NCBI RefSeq assembly: GCF_964194025.1
Contig: NC_134480.1
Span: forward strand, 41,788,001-41,852,000
Direction of reading: 5' to 3'
DNA length: 64,000 nt
From: Convolutriloba macropyga
Taxonomy: Eukaryota
Below, piece after piece: positions 1 to 13,589 of this stretch (the stretch's first letter is position 1; the number at the start of each line of letters is the position of its first letter). The position numbers were made by a program, and so were the translations under genes. The notes beneath the pieces are model-generated. The model searched no databases, was not told where the DNA came from, and saw only the letters and a list, made by a program, of their open reading frames with translations.

Positions 1-310
1 GGGGGGGGGGTATTTAAGCGGTCCGGTAAGCGGGAAAGAAGGAAGGGTGGTGGAAGGCAGAGGGGTTAGATGATATGTAGGCCTTTGGTCGGCAGTTTAG
101 ATAGATGAGATAGACTTAGGTGGCATCAAAAATTCTCAAAATGATGTTTTCATCTTAAATACCACCAGAAGTTTTTAGTCAAAAAACAAGTCACGAAAAA
201 ATTGCTCAGTTTACCTAAGAATTGTTCCAATAACCATCTTCAAATCGAAAAAAGACACACGCCTTTACAATAATTGCTTTAAACTTCATTCGAGAGCAAT
301 TAATAACTAT
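1..310. repeat. Interspersed repeat family (other copies ~1935-2220, 15685-16082, 21412-21809, fragment 10116-10166)
   Basis: Shared GATATGTA.G...CATCAAAA.TTCTCAAAATGA...AAAAAGA.ACAC...TTCGAGAGCAATT. Confidence 0.8.
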
Positions 311-3300
311 AAATCAATGTAGGAACGGAAACTATAATTTCAACGAATTGGGAACAAACTAAATTATTACTGAATTTGAAATATCCCCCAACAAAGAAGC
401 AAATTATAAAATTGAATACATAAAAAGATAATAACGGCAAAGAAATTTAAACTAATGAGAACGATTGAATGTAAATATTGATTCTGATAAAGACTCTATG
501 ATTGATCTACCACAAAATTCTCACACAGGTAATGGCGGATTAGAAACCCATATTAAGGACTTATGATATCAAAGTTAAGAGTGACCTTCCAAAAATTTTA
601 ACCAAAAAGTCATTTTTAACACGACGATTAGGAATCTTTGGTAAAAATAGGACTAAACCATCATATCNNNNNNNNNNNNNNNNNNNNNNNNNNNNNNNNN
701 NNNNNNNNNNNNNNNNNNNNNNNNNNNNNNNNNNNNNNNNNNNNNNNNNNNNNNNNNNNNNNNNNNNNNNNNNNNNNNNNNNNNNNNNNNNNNNNNNNNA
801 TGTTTTGTAACAAAACCAATCTGAAAATAACTACGTCATTGTGATAGTCAAATTTACGTAGGCAAAGGCAAAGTCAACAGATCTCTGTCGTGGTACTGAA
901 AATTGTAATATTTCCTGAAGTTAGTGTATTCGGGAAGCTATACTTTTCGTTAACTTAGCAATTATTCAGCTATTTTCTCCTTCTGGTCCTGCTAGCATAA
1001 TTTAGTAGAAACTAAGTCGGTTTTTAAAAAATAGAGACCATACGTTTTGCTACTAGGGATAAAAAGAAGACTTAAAATAGTTGTTCTACCTGAACACAAA
1101 CCTAGTTATCATTAATATTAGGTAATTGTTATTTAATTGCAGTTTTCTTCTAAACTAAAAACTTACAATTGTACAGATTCAATAACTCCACGTTACACCG
1201 TTAAAGATCTAAACCAAATCCTTAGTTCTAGTTTAAATTAAGTGGACATATCTCTGTTTTCTGACTATTAAAATTAGTGATCAACCAATCGATAATTGGG
1301 CTAGGACAGGAAAAGAAACCGGAGGATAACACTGAAGCCAGAGACAACAACAAGACGATTGATTTCAGAGAGTATTATTTCCACGAGACATCATAGTGAA
1401 GCCTTGGCATTTTAAGTCAACCCGTGTAATATTGAATGGTGAACCTGAGTTACCTGATGGGCAATATTCAACATTCTATGAAGTTGGTTTATACTCGTGT
1501 GGTTGGGTTGTGGAACGAACACCGAGGAGCTCTTCACGCCATCTACTACTTTGTTTAAATATATTGGTTGATCGATTGTTAATTGAATTGAGGACCCGGT
1601 ATAATCCTCAAAGTTAGAGTCAGCGCTTTATTCCTTCTGGTGAGAACATTTCTTAGGAACAAGCACATCACATAACAAAGAGAGGCATTTCAAACGTATT
1701 CCAGCATCATCATTATTATTGGCAAGTAAGCACAAATCTATAACGCTTCAAAACAGTTCATTTAAGGATCGAACGAAGGGCTCGGTATGACCCTTTAGTC
1801 TAATTAAGAGCAGTAGGTTTGTGAAGTTACTACCCCTTCCAGTAGCTTTTTTGCTCTAAAGATTTATTCTAGGAATACTTGTGGAATTCTGAATAGGGTA
1901 AACCTCCATCTCAAATATTCAAATTCTATATTAGGTGGTGCTGGAGGGGAGGGGGAAGGCAGGGGGGTTTGATGATATGTAAGTGTTTGGTCTGCAGCTT
2001 AGATAGGTAGGATAGACTTATATGGCATCAAAAGTTCTCAAAATGACCTTTTCATCTTCAATATTACCAGCAGTTCTCATTCAAAATTCAAATCATGAAA
2101 AAGTTGCTTCAGCTAAAAGAAACCTGTGGAATATTCCAATAACTATCTTCGAGTCGTAAAAAGATACACACCGTTACAATAGTTGCTTCACATTTCATTC
2201 GAGAGCAATTAATAACTATTAATTTTTCCATTTAGTTCCAATTAATGAGCTGGAAATAATGAACTAACGCAACTAGATTCGAAATTTTTTATCCTTAATT
2301 GAGCTAAATAATTTTGTTGTCAAAGATCAACCTAGTAAGTTTTTAATTATTACGTTTAAAGAGCTGACAAAATAGGTCTTTTTTATTCGCTTTATGTCAG
2401 CATTTGTGTCGCTTCTTTCGAAACATTCGAATATTTTCGTTGTCATCAAAAACGGTAAAACCGACCAAATGAGACTAAGTTTTGTTCGTTTTTTTTCTCG
2501 ACACGTATAGTCAGCGTTTTGCTGGGTAGGTAGTAATTAGTTGTTGAGTGAGTGAGGAGTGAGGAGTGAGGTAATTGACCTTCCCATGATAAAGAGCTGT
2601 CCAATCAGAGGTCGGTATAATACTAAATTGGAGGCCAAGTTAGCACTGTGTGATGAGAAAGCCTTCTCTAGATGGTGACTCCTTTTGCAGCTGAAACAAA
2701 ATCATTTTCAATTGCATTCCGTTGATGTATCTATGTTAAGTTAGACCCAGTAGCGCGTTTTGTTGAGTCATTCACTGTAGTGAAACATTTCCTGAAAAAT
2801 TTTTTATCAAATGAAAAACATCCATGCTCATAGATTTTGTTCATTTGATGAAAAATTGTAGAAAATGGGCTTACTTTTTTGACTCATTTGCGTTGTAATT
2901 ATTCCATAGACCTCAAAGTACGTCTAATAGTGCATCACGCATTCGAACAGAAAATTTAAACTGGCAATAGCTAGATTTTACCCAAGTTTCCATTTGGTAA
3001 AATCTGTCCAATTTTGCCCATATTTGGCCGAAAACTTGTGTCAAGTTTGTGATTGGCCTCTTGAGATGGAATAATAATAATAAAGATCGTAACTTAAAGT
3101 CGAAACGCAAAAAAACAGTCCATAAAACAAATGTCAAGTTCTTTTATTCGTGTCTTGATTTTTTTTATATCTAGACCGAAGGTTTATTTTTTTTATTTCT
3201 CAAATAATTTTCAATTTTTGTTATTCTGAATTGCAATGTACAGCACTTAGCTGGCAGATTGCCAGCAAATAGCTACAACAGCTTCCTAGATCTATAATCT

Positions 3301-6300
3301 CAAAAAGTTAGCAAATGAAACAAATCAAAAAGTAACTTCTTCTTATTAAATGCTGAGATGTTATATTTCATTAAGAATCTGTATAACTTATCGCTGCTTC
3401 TAATAGCTGCTCTTAAATAATTTTAAGTATTTTAATTATTTTAATAACTCTGTGTAACTTATCATTCTAAATAAAAAGTAAAGAAAAGTCAATTTCAGAG
3501 TGAGAATGAAACTTTTGAGAGTGACGTAAGTCACGTGTGACCAAAAAATTAATCACGCGAATGAAAAAAACATAGCAGGACAAGTTCTGAAATATAATTC
3601 AAACAATTGAATGAAAAACTCAGACGTACTCCACCTGACCAGCAGATCAATTGAACAATGCCAGCCAGAACACAAACAAAATCATCTCAAAAATTGAGAA
3701 ACTGAAAGAATCAAAACTAAACCAAATATACTCATTGCTAAAACTCGAAGCTTTTAAACCTAAGGCAAAATTTTTTCCCTTTAAAAATATCTGTTTCAAA
3801 AATAATTTTAAAATCAATTTTTGTTTCTGAAAGCGGTTCAATATTATAGCTGCAAGCCCTGAAAAATTTTCATTGGCCCTTGAAGATAGATTAACTCGAA
3901 AGTGACCAAAAAATTTAAGAAAAAAAGAATTCAATTGCAAATTATAAGAAAATGTTGCTGAAAATTGTGGTATAAATATCTTCATAATCATTTCTGTGTC
4001 TCTAGAGGCTATCCAGTAACCCAATTCCAAGCTTTAAAAAACTCATTGGCTCATAGATCGATAGGCAATAATTTTTAGAGAAAATTTCAAATTTCAAAAA
4101 ATAGAAATTCGTTCTATTAAAATGTTGAAAGCCATTTAATTGCCCCTAGCAAGTATTTATTAAAATACTATCAAACACTGGATGAGGTTACCTGTTACTG
4201 AGACAAGAAAAAAATAAAATACAAATGTTTTGAAAAAACTAGAAAAACTGCAAATTTTATCAAAAAACTTCCAAAAGCCGAAAGGTTAAATTGTTGAAAA
4301 CAAATCTATTGAAACTTAAAACCATGCAGTAACTTTTTTATCAGAATGGGGAATAGGTTTTCTCGCACTTGAGAATGGACGAATATCAAAAACTAACAAA
4401 CTTTAGGAAACCTTGAAAAATTTGCAGATTTTATCAAAAAATTTTAATATTGGAGACATTAAAATGTTAAAAACCATTCCACTGTTACTAGCAACTATGA
4501 AGTGCCCTATTAACAAACCTCAAAGGAGATTGCCTGGCCCTTGAAGCTGGAAAAACTGAAAGAAATTACAAAAATTTTCAAAAACCTGAAAAAAGTTTTG
4601 TCAAAAAAAAAGAGTTTTGTCAAAAAAAATTGCTAAAATTTGTGATATTCAAAAGTTGAAACCTATTCCATGGCAACTAGAAATTCTTCAGTAACTTATT
4701 ATCCAACCCCTAATGAGGTTTTTTGGCCCGTGGGATTCAAACAAATTGAATACTGGCAATAAATGTCAAAAAATATGAAAAAATTGCAAGTTTTGTCAAA
4801 AAATGCTAAAATTCATGATGGCAAAAAGTTGAAAACCATTCCATTACCACTAAAAAATATGCAGTAATCTATCATCAAACATTTATCGAACTCTAGAGAA
4901 GGTTTCTTGGCACCTAGGGCTAAAAAACTCAATAAATGACAAAATTTTTTTTAAAAAAAGCTGAAAAAAATTGCCAAAATTAGTATCCTTTCGCGTGTTT
5001 GTGTTTGTAGTATCAAAACTTATAGCTCATAAAATGGTCATAACAAGAAGTTTTGTGTCGCAAAAGAACTTAATCAACTTTTAAAAACTTCAACCTAAGA
5101 CTAATCAAACAAAGAAACTCAAAGAAATAACCAAAAACATGAAAAATTGCACCATTTTGAGCACAAAAACTCCTTAAAATGACCTTTTAACTTTAAATTA
5201 AAGCCATCCCAGCAGCTGCACCACTATTAGCACTTGACGGACAACTAAAACCTACTTTGGACCTCTAATGAAACTTAATGCCCGCTGGGTTTTACCTGTT
5301 TATCCCGTTTTGAACGATCAAAGCCATTGAAAATTGTGTGAACACATCTTAAAAAAAAACAGCGCACCAATATAATTCAAATTCTTTGAATTGTAAAAAA
5401 CATAGCAGAACAAATCTTGACGTACAATTCAAAAAATTTTCTTCGACTAATCAAAAACTAGACCTAAAGCAGCCTACGAAAGAATTGGGAAAACCATTTA
5501 AAAAAATCAGATAACAAAATTTGTTAAGAAACTCTAAATCAATGTCAAATTGCCGCGTGTGAACAAAAAAACCATTAGCGAGAAAGCGAAATTTTGTCCA
5601 AACACAGTTTTCTCACTCCACTTCAAATTTAGAGCGAAAAAAATTCACGCCGCAAATCCACTCACTTTTTCGCTCCACTTCCTGTATCGGCATGATCAAA
5701 ATCACTACTCCAATTTGACTTCAAAAATCATGAAAATGTGTGAACAGACCTTAAAAGAAAGACAGCGCCCCAATACAACTCAAAGTTTTTGAATTGTAAA
5801 AAATTTCTCCACCAATAGTGAAAAAAGTTATCACGCAAGCAATTCAGTTGCAATTGCATGAGCAAACGAAGGAAAATCAGATTTGATGTATTTGGGACGT
5901 CATACATTCGTAAGGAAAATCTTAACGACAAAATAAAACATAATAAGACAAGTCCTAAAACAATTCAGCTAAAATTTGTCAACTAAACAAAACACTAAAC
6001 CTAAAAAAGACAGTGAATCGAATGGAAAACCATTAAGAGAAAAAAATCAGATAAAACTTTTAAAAAATACAGCAAAAATCAAAGTAAAAATGGAGAAAAA
6101 TTTAGAAAAACGAGAAAAAAAATTAAAGAAAAAAATCCAAAAAGACATTTTTAATTTTTCAATTATATTCTCTGAAAATAGCAAAGTTTCGAAAACTGTT
6201 CTCATCACACTTTGCGAAACATTTACTATTGATTCATTGAACAAGCTTGACCGAAAAGTACAGACAACAAAAAATGCAGAGTTGATCAATTTATTTTAAG

Positions 6301-6377
6301 AAAATATGTCTAATCTAACTTTTTTAATTCACTTAGTAACAATAACCTTGCCACAGTCCCTAATTACGCAACTGAAC

Positions 6378-6977
6378 AACATAGCTGGCAGATTGCCAGA
6401 AAATAGCTGCAATAGATTCGTAGATCGGCAGTCTAAAAAAACAGTGAAAAAGACAGACCAAAAAACTCGTCTTTTCATTGGAGGCTGGTCTGTTATATTT
6501 TGATTTAAAAATCTGTATAAGTTATTGCTGCCTCTATTAGCTGATCGCAAAAAGTGGCTGTGACGCCATATGGTCGTAACAAAAATCATGAAGACGAAAT
6601 AAAAAAAAACCAAGAGAAGGCCAATAATAGCCTGATATGTTATCTCTCAAATAACCTTCATTTAGAGTGACACGCACCCATTTGACCTTATCTCTTTGAA
6701 TTAAAGTAAATTAAAGTCAATTTCAAAGTGAGTAAGTCATTTTTGAGAGTGAGGTAAGTCAAGTGTGACCAAAAAATTAATCACAAGAATGAACGCAAAA
6801 ACTCGCTCCACTAAGAGCGAAAAATGACGTCACGCATGCAATTCAGTTGAAATTGCATGAACGAATGAACAAAAAGTGGCTGTGACGTCATATGGTCGTA
6901 ACAAAAATCCTGACGACGAAATAAAAAAAAACCAAGAGAAGGCGAATAATAGCCCCAGCTATCGCTGTGCGGCTATT
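6378..6977 (-). mobile_element. HINE-like element, same family as 26151-27211; further fragments at ~3250-3600, 5320-5960, 7660-7761 and 32740-33020
   Basis: Same two termini and long stretches of near identity with 26151-26600. Confidence 0.7.
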
Positions 6978-7493
6978 AATAAATAAAATTTTCTGAAATA
7001 CATGAAGAAACAGAAGAATCAGCCAAAAAAAATCAAAAAGAAGAAAATTAGGTAAAAGTTTTTTAAATTCAGCCTATTTTATTCAACTTAAACAATCATC
7101 AATTGATAATAACGAAAATAAAAAGCCATCAAACCCCTCAGAATAAAAAGCCATCAAAAACCTGTAGATTCAACCAAAAAATTATCAGCCACTAAAATAA
7201 TGAATTAGAGTACAGAAACCGCTAAAAAAGCGTCTAAAAACAAAATCACAAAAATAGCACAAGGATGCATTTAAAACTCCAATGTATGATTGAAATAGCC
7301 AAAAAACCTATTCAACCTACATTTTTTGTTAATAGAGCTGAGAAAAACCATTTTAACAGAAGAACTAGAGCAAAACTAAAAAGCTGCTTCGAAAAAGCCG
7401 CACTTGATCAAAAAAATTCGCTCACCTAGCAAAATTTTTCTTCGCGCCTAATTTTCATACTCTCCCTCTCAAAAGCGCGGCATGAACAGAAAA

Positions 7494-7540
7494 TCTCTCT
7501 CTCTCTCTCTCTCTCTTCTTTCTTCTCTCTTCTCTCTGTC
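7494..7540. repeat. (CT)n microsatellite
   Basis: Direct reading. Confidence 0.9.
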
Positions 7541-8143
7541 ATTCAGTTCTTTCAGCTGATACACTTAATTTTCACGTGCGGCATTGACTGTTACATTCTG
7601 TTTTAAATGCACTCAAAAATATCGGAAAAACAAAAACGCTCCACCAATACTCCTCTTCGAGTCGCAGAAAAGACAGCACCCCAATACAATTCAAGTTCTT
7701 CGAATAGTAATCAACGAAGAGAAAGGCAGTAATAGCCCCAGCTATCGCTTTGTCGCTATTAAAAACTTAAGAAACAGAATTTCGATTGTTTTCACACAAC
7801 TAAATGCAACCTGAGCGTCAATTTTACATGAGTGTAAATACCAATCACTGCGTTTTGTCTTACCGACGTAAAGAAAAGATATATCAGTCTATACAGGTAA
7901 AGAAAATTGTTAAATTTGAAAAGCAGTTGTTCGTTAGTTCAAATTAAGAATTTCTCCGTTAGTATTTTAGCTATTTTTGTTCATATCGTGACGTGCGAAA
8001 TCGTTTTCAATCACATCCCAGACCGATGTGACTTCTGATCAGACAAGTCTCGGACTTTCATTTCCTTTACTTTTCCAGACCGTGTAATTCGATCGCAGGG
8101 TGCGCATGTGTGCGCTTGAAGATGGTCTAATCAGAGGTCACTA

Positions 8144-9427
8144 CCCAGGTTTAGGTGCGCGACCCTAGACCGCTTTGATCAGACCATTTCCCAGACTTTG
8201 CCCCCTGATCAGACCATCGTCCAACCCAAGGCTCTCTGATTAGACTGTAGTGCAACTCAAGAAATCGTGCGACCATAGTGCGACCAAAAGACCTCTGATC
8301 AAACCATCGTACGACCCAAAGCCCTCTGATCACACCGTAGCGCGACGATCAGACCGTAGTGCGACCCAAAAAATTTGTGCGACTTTAGTGCGACCAACGC
8401 TCCCTCTGATCAGACCATTCCTGAATACATGTCATAATCCGTTGTTATTTGTTTAAATTATTCAATTCAAATCTATGTAGTACTCAACTGAAAATTTATT
8501 AAATTAGTATATCTTGTTAAGGTTAGGACAAAACTAATTGATAAACATACCCGGCAGATTGCCGGAAAATAGCCGCCGTTGATTCCAATAAGCATGATTG
8601 GGATTGAACGAATAGAATATATTGAAAAAAAAGATTTTTGTACAAAAATATTTTTTAAGTCCGATTTATTTTGATGGCATTTCGTAGTTGAACATACTTC
8701 TGTTTCTTAGAGAGAGGCTACAGGGGCTACTATTAACACCAATAAGCATTAGAGGTCGTAACTAAGACTTATAGGAACGACGTTCAAATAGCGGGCATCT
8801 AAAATTGGGCTTTATGGGTTTATCCCGTTTCTATTTCTGACTTCAATTTTTTATACCGACTCTGTTCATTTTGAATTGCTTTGCTTAGCAACTGATGTTC
8901 AAATTCACTTTTAGCAGAAAGAGAGAAGAGAGAAACTAGCCTAGAGAAGTCAAAAAGATTTCACGCAAAATGTCAAAAAAGCGGCAAAATGGTAAAGCGA
9001 AAAAAAGTTTGACGAAGTAAAAAAAAAACGAGCGCAATAATAGCCGGCTGAGAAGATGAGGGCGGCTATTAAAAATATAAACAGAAAGACATTTTGAAGT
9101 ATCTGCAAATTTTCTTTTGAGTCATCAAAAACAGTGATAAAATAAATATGGTCTGTTGATGCTCTGTGGTCAGATTTTGGGGCAACTTATGTCCAGACTT
9201 TGGTCTCTGATCAGACCGTAGAGCGACCACTGTCCAGAATTTTGTGTGACCTATGATCAGACTATAGTGCGACTTTGCCCTCTGATCAGACCGTAGCGCT
9301 ACCATTGTCCAGGCCATCGTGCGACTCAGCGTTTCCCAGACGATGTATTTTGGGTCGCACCACGCCACCAGTGTGCGACCCAGATGGTCTGATAAGAGCA
9401 GTCTAGGGTCGCGCACCTAAACCTGGG
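8144..9427. mobile_element. Non-autonomous TIR DNA transposon (CCCAG ends, TA flanks, subterminal TCTGATCAGA repeats; CMC/EnSpm-like)
   Basis: CCCAGGTTTAGGTGCGCGACCCTAGAC at 8144, with its exact reverse complement ending at 9427. TA lies on both sides. Related TCTGATCAGAC arrays occur at 27890-28115 and 28500-28640. Confidence 0.8.
8544..9070 (-). mobile_element. HINE-like element, second subfamily, nested in a DNA transposon
   Basis: AACATAC-CCGGCA-GAT-TGCCGG-AAAATAGCCGCC ... AATAGCCG...GGCGGCTATT. Confidence 0.65.
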
Positions 9428-9511
9428 TATGGTCGGAACCCCTCAACTTGGGATCTAATGACGTATATAATTTACAAATGGGTTAGCTGCATAAATTCCT
9501 TGGATATGGCT

Positions 9512-9808
9512 TTACTCTATTAGATCCTGAAGTGAAGAATGAGGAATGAATCCTGAACTGACCCCGATGTCCTTGAGATGTTGCATGTAGATATTGTCCT
9601 TGAACTTCATCTCGTTGATCCTCTTGTTTGTATGCATGAGGAACTTGGCCCCGTAGACCACGTGGAATAACAACAGCACCAGAGTCATGGCCTTGATAAG
9701 GTACCTGTCTATGATGGGAGCATGATTTGGGTCATCTTTCCAGGGCGTGATCAGGGCGAATGCCACACACAGCAGACACAGATAGAGCATACTTGCCAGG
9801 ATGTACTT
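9512..9808 (-). CDS. Cys-less pLGIC last exon (M3, short loop, M4, tail)
   Basis: tttag|AAG TAC ATC CTG. Encodes KYILASMLYLCLLCVAFALI...IDRYLIKAMTLVLLLFHVVY...LIE*, giving YLD|KYIL across the junction. Confidence 0.92.
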   Translation of the reverse strand, partial: KYILASMLYLCLLCVAFALITPWKDDPNHAPIIDRYLIKAMTLVLLLFHVVYGAKFLMHTNKRINEMKFKDNIYMQHLKDIGVSSGFIPHSSLQDLIE

Positions 9809-10361
9809 CTAAATTATTCAAGATTAATTTTTTTATTGCGAAGAATTCTAATTTGCAATTTTTCACTACGTTGCCACTATGTTGTGGTTATTCCAATCGT
9901 TTGTTCCAAAAGTTTGTTCCAATTGCACAACAAATGCCTAACAAAATTTATTGAGCCTTATTGGTCAATTTAATCGAAATTTATTTATTTAAAAATCCTC
10001 GCAACCAATTTGCAGTTTCTATCGATACCGCCCGGCGCAAAATTTTATCCTGTAATAAACGCCTCACCATTTAGGGTAAAAGCAATCAAAAAATCAATTA
10101 ATGGCTTCTCTTTACAAAGACACACGTTTACATTATTTGCATCAAACTTCGTTCGAGAGCAATTGAAAAGAAAACGAGCGGACAAAAATTGCATTAAAAA
10201 ACCAGCAGGACTCAAAAAATACAAAAGCTGCTACAAACTTTGTTTTATAGCGGTTAAGACCTATGTGCAGCAGAAATTGAGGAAACAGCTTTTAATTCAC
10301 GACATTTTGTGGAAAATTTCCTTCCCGGGAGAAGGGGAGAAGAGTTAGTAGGTCAACTTAC

Positions 10362-10551
10362 ATCCAAGTATGTGAGGTATGATATGGGAGGGAGTGTTCC
10401 AGCTACAGACAGTTTGAAGGTCACAGCTACAAGGAGGAGTGTCATGGCATTGCCTATCCTGTATATGTTCCAGATAGGGTCAAATGTGAAGATGGTGAAG
10501 GACAGCACCAACAGGGAGAACATCATGCTCACGTGGTTCACAACGTAGTAC
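10362..10551 (-). CDS. Cys-less pLGIC exon (M1, M2, M2-M3 loop)
   Basis: tttcag|G TAC TAC...TTG GAT|gtaagt. Encodes YYVVNH...RIGNAMTLLLVAVTFKLSVAGTLPPISYLTYLD. Confidence 0.93.
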
Positions 10552-11429
10552 CTGAAACGCATCTTTTCCATTTCTGCCCCCCCCCCCCCAAGCTTAGTGG
10601 ATGCATATTATTTGAATTAGGCATGTTTCTTGCCCTTCAGTGGATTCCTCATTTTTTCAACTTTCAACTGAGAAATCAACTTTTTCTCAGAGCTTCATTT
10701 TTCATTTTGCAATTAGCGTTTTGCAATCCTAAAGCTAAAATCTTAACGTCTGTCTTGCAAGATCTTGAATCGCATGACAAAAAAGTCAAAAATGGTCAGA
10801 AAAACATTTTTGATGATGTGTCTTGTCATCGCATTATTACCAGCAAACTTGTTATGCAGCAAACTTTCTGTTTAGGACGGAGAAATTTGGTCAGTGAGCT
10901 CAACCCCATGATCATAAACTCATAAACTGACGAACCAAAAACAGGATAGATCTGACTTTTTTCTTGTTTTTGAAGGGATGTAACTCTTCTTGAGAAAGAA
11001 AATTACAGACACTTGAACGTTTCTGTAATTTTGAACGTCCCCCCCCCCCCCCCCCCCCGTCTTCCTTCCCATCCCCCTAAAGTTTCTGAGTTTTCTCATA
11101 AATTGAGATTTATAAGATGGGGAGGAAATCGTATCTGGAAAAAATCGATTGGAGGGGGGGGGGGGGGGGTCTTCTGTAAGTTAAAGATAATTTGGCGCAA
11201 AAAAGATTCGTTTTAATTTGGCTCGTTCCCACAGAAAAAACCGATAGCATATGCAATTTTTGTTAAATTTTTGGGTCTTTCCCATTATAGCTCCCCCCCC
11301 CCCCCATGAAATTACAGACCCCCTTATGGAATAATTACCATGATGGGGTCTATAGGTTATATGACCACTAAGCCGAGGGGAGGGGGGGGGCTATAATGAG
11401 AAAGACTCAATTCGAGAACGATTACCAAC

Positions 11430-11665
11430 TTGATGCGTCTCTGTACTCTACAACGTGCCACTATGAACCCAGCAGTGTACCCCAGTTTGATAGAACTGTC
11501 TGGGTGCTCTGGCATCTTCTCCACCTCCACGTGTCTGAAGAGAGTCCACTCCTGCTCGTCCCTGAAGTTGGCTAGGTCCAGTGTACTCATCCTCTCCTCG
11601 TCTAGAACCAGTTCTATGTCAGCCGCACCCCACTCACTTGTTACGTATACACTGATGTCTTGCAC
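11430..11665 (-). CDS. Cys-less pLGIC exon (beta7-beta10)
   Basis: tttag|GTG CAA GAC...ATC AA|gttggt. Encodes VQDISVYVTSEW...DEQEWTL...CRVQRRIK, giving FPRD|VQD across the junction. Confidence 0.9.
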
Positions 11666-13073
11666 CTAAATCAATTGCGTACAAATAACTTGATAGGTAG
11701 CCATCTCTGACCTTCTTTGTTTGCCTCCCTTCCACCCCCACGTACGTTATAAAACCCTCAGTTACATAGCACGTACATACATGCATATTTAATGCGTAAT
11801 GATATGAGACCTGCGCTTGGATGTTGCTTATAGTATGAGCCCAATAATCTTGGGGGGGGGGGGGAGGAGCCCAGGCCTACACCTCAAATCATGAAAAGAC
11901 TTTAAAAGTCTAGTAGGGGGACAATATTGACTATAATTACACGGTCGAGCTTCCTAGTTAAAGTCGAGCTAATTTCTTTTCATGGGTCTAGCTTAAGTCT
12001 TTTCATAACAAAGAAAGTCCAGCTAAGGTCCACCATTAGTCTTTTCATAAGTCTATTTCTTTTCAAAATCCGATATTTTTCATTTTTTCTGCTTCTGTAC
12101 ATACAGAAGCAGAGCCGGAGCAAGACTAAATAGCTGTGCACCAGAGCAGTCCAACTTAAGAAACAGTTGGAAAACTGCCAGAAGCCTTAATATTTTCAGC
12201 AAATCTTAAGATAAAGAGATATGGCAGCTCGAACATATTACCACATTACTTGATTCAATGAAACCAGCTAGCTTAAGTGTATTGCTCCTAATCCCATTAG
12301 CCATAACAAAATTTCGGCGTTATTCAGTTTGTTTCCCCCTCCAAATTTATGAACTATTTTTTAAAAAAAAATGGCGCCGGTTTTTGAGGGATTTGTGGTT
12401 TTTCTGAATCGTAAAAAATGAAGTAGTATACATGCTGACTACGTTATATGCAATTTTGCACGGAATGGCAAAAAAGTAAACTTATGAAAAGACTAAAGAT
12501 GGACCAATGAAGAGACTCTAACTCGACTTTGTTTGCAAATCTTGTGTCGAGCTTAAGTTCAGCCCAAATTTTAAGTCCAGCTGAAATCTTTTGTAGAAAT
12601 TTGGGTCCAGCTAAAGTCTTTTGCGAAAAATTTGAGTCGAGCTAAAGTCCAGAATGTCTTAAAGTCCAGCTAAGCTCTTTTCATAGCTCAAATGAGTCAA
12701 GTATGGTCTATTTATAGTGCATTTTGCTCGAGCGTTGTCTTTTCTTAAGTNNNNNNNNNNNNNNNNNNNNNNNNNNNNNNNNNNNNNNNNNNNNNNNNNN
12801 NNNNNNNNNNNNNNNNNNNNNNNNNNNNNNNNNNNNNNNNNNNNNNNNNNNNNNNNNNNNNNNNNNNNNNNNNNNNNNNNNNNNNNNNNNNNNNNNNNNN
12901 NNNNNNNNNNNNNNNNNNNNNNNNNNNNNNNNNNNNNNNNNNNNNNNNNNNNNNNNNNNNNNNNNNNNNNNNNNNNNNNNNNNNNNNNNNNNNNNNNNNN
13001 NNNNNNNNNNNNNNNNNNNNNNNNNNNNNNNNNNNNNNNNNNNNNNNNNNNNNNNNNNNNNNNNNNNNNNNNT

Positions 13074-13481
13074 GGAGAGGGATGGGTAAAAATGGCTAAA
13101 GAGTGTGTCCAGAACGAATTTATCAAACGGAAAGTGAAGAAAATTGCCATGCTAGGGGGCGGCAACGATGCAGGGAATATGGATCATTCGGAGAATGACG
13201 TTGCCGGTGTCCTCCTCAAATTCGAAGAAACGACTAAAATGTATCTGGGCAAAGGGTTCGACATTGTGTGCGTCCAGTGTCCCGGAAGAAAGAAACATAA
13301 AGAAGTTATGAAAGAACTTAATAAAGGATACAGAAAAACATGCAAGAAGCTAAACATTCCCTTCCACTCAACAAAACGTTTTTCTGTCAAACATCTAGCT
13401 TAAGACGGAGTCCACCCAAAACCTGACAAGATCAATAAGCTGATGAAGGACATCTACAATGCTCTGAGATCACTAGCCTAA
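13074..13481 (+). pseudogene. SGNH/GDSL esterase-like fragment, probably retrotransposon ORF1 esterase (partial second copy 19039-19208)
   Basis: IAMLGGGND (block III) and, past a TAA at 13401-13403, in-frame DGVHP (block V). The 5' part is lost in the N-gap. Confidence 0.65.
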
Positions 13482-13589
13482 AGTGTCCATTTGCGGAACC
13501 AACTGCTGTGTGGTCTCATGCTTAGCAGTCCCTCAAGGCTAATAAAGAGAGCCGTAACGAGCAGAGGAAGAGGGGGAAGAGGAGGATGA

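Noticed and set aside
638-844. ORFs running through N-gaps (also 12659-13165, 18749-19117, 31086-31349)
   Set aside because: Open only because Ns contain no stops. Only the SGNH part of 12717-13403 has independent support.
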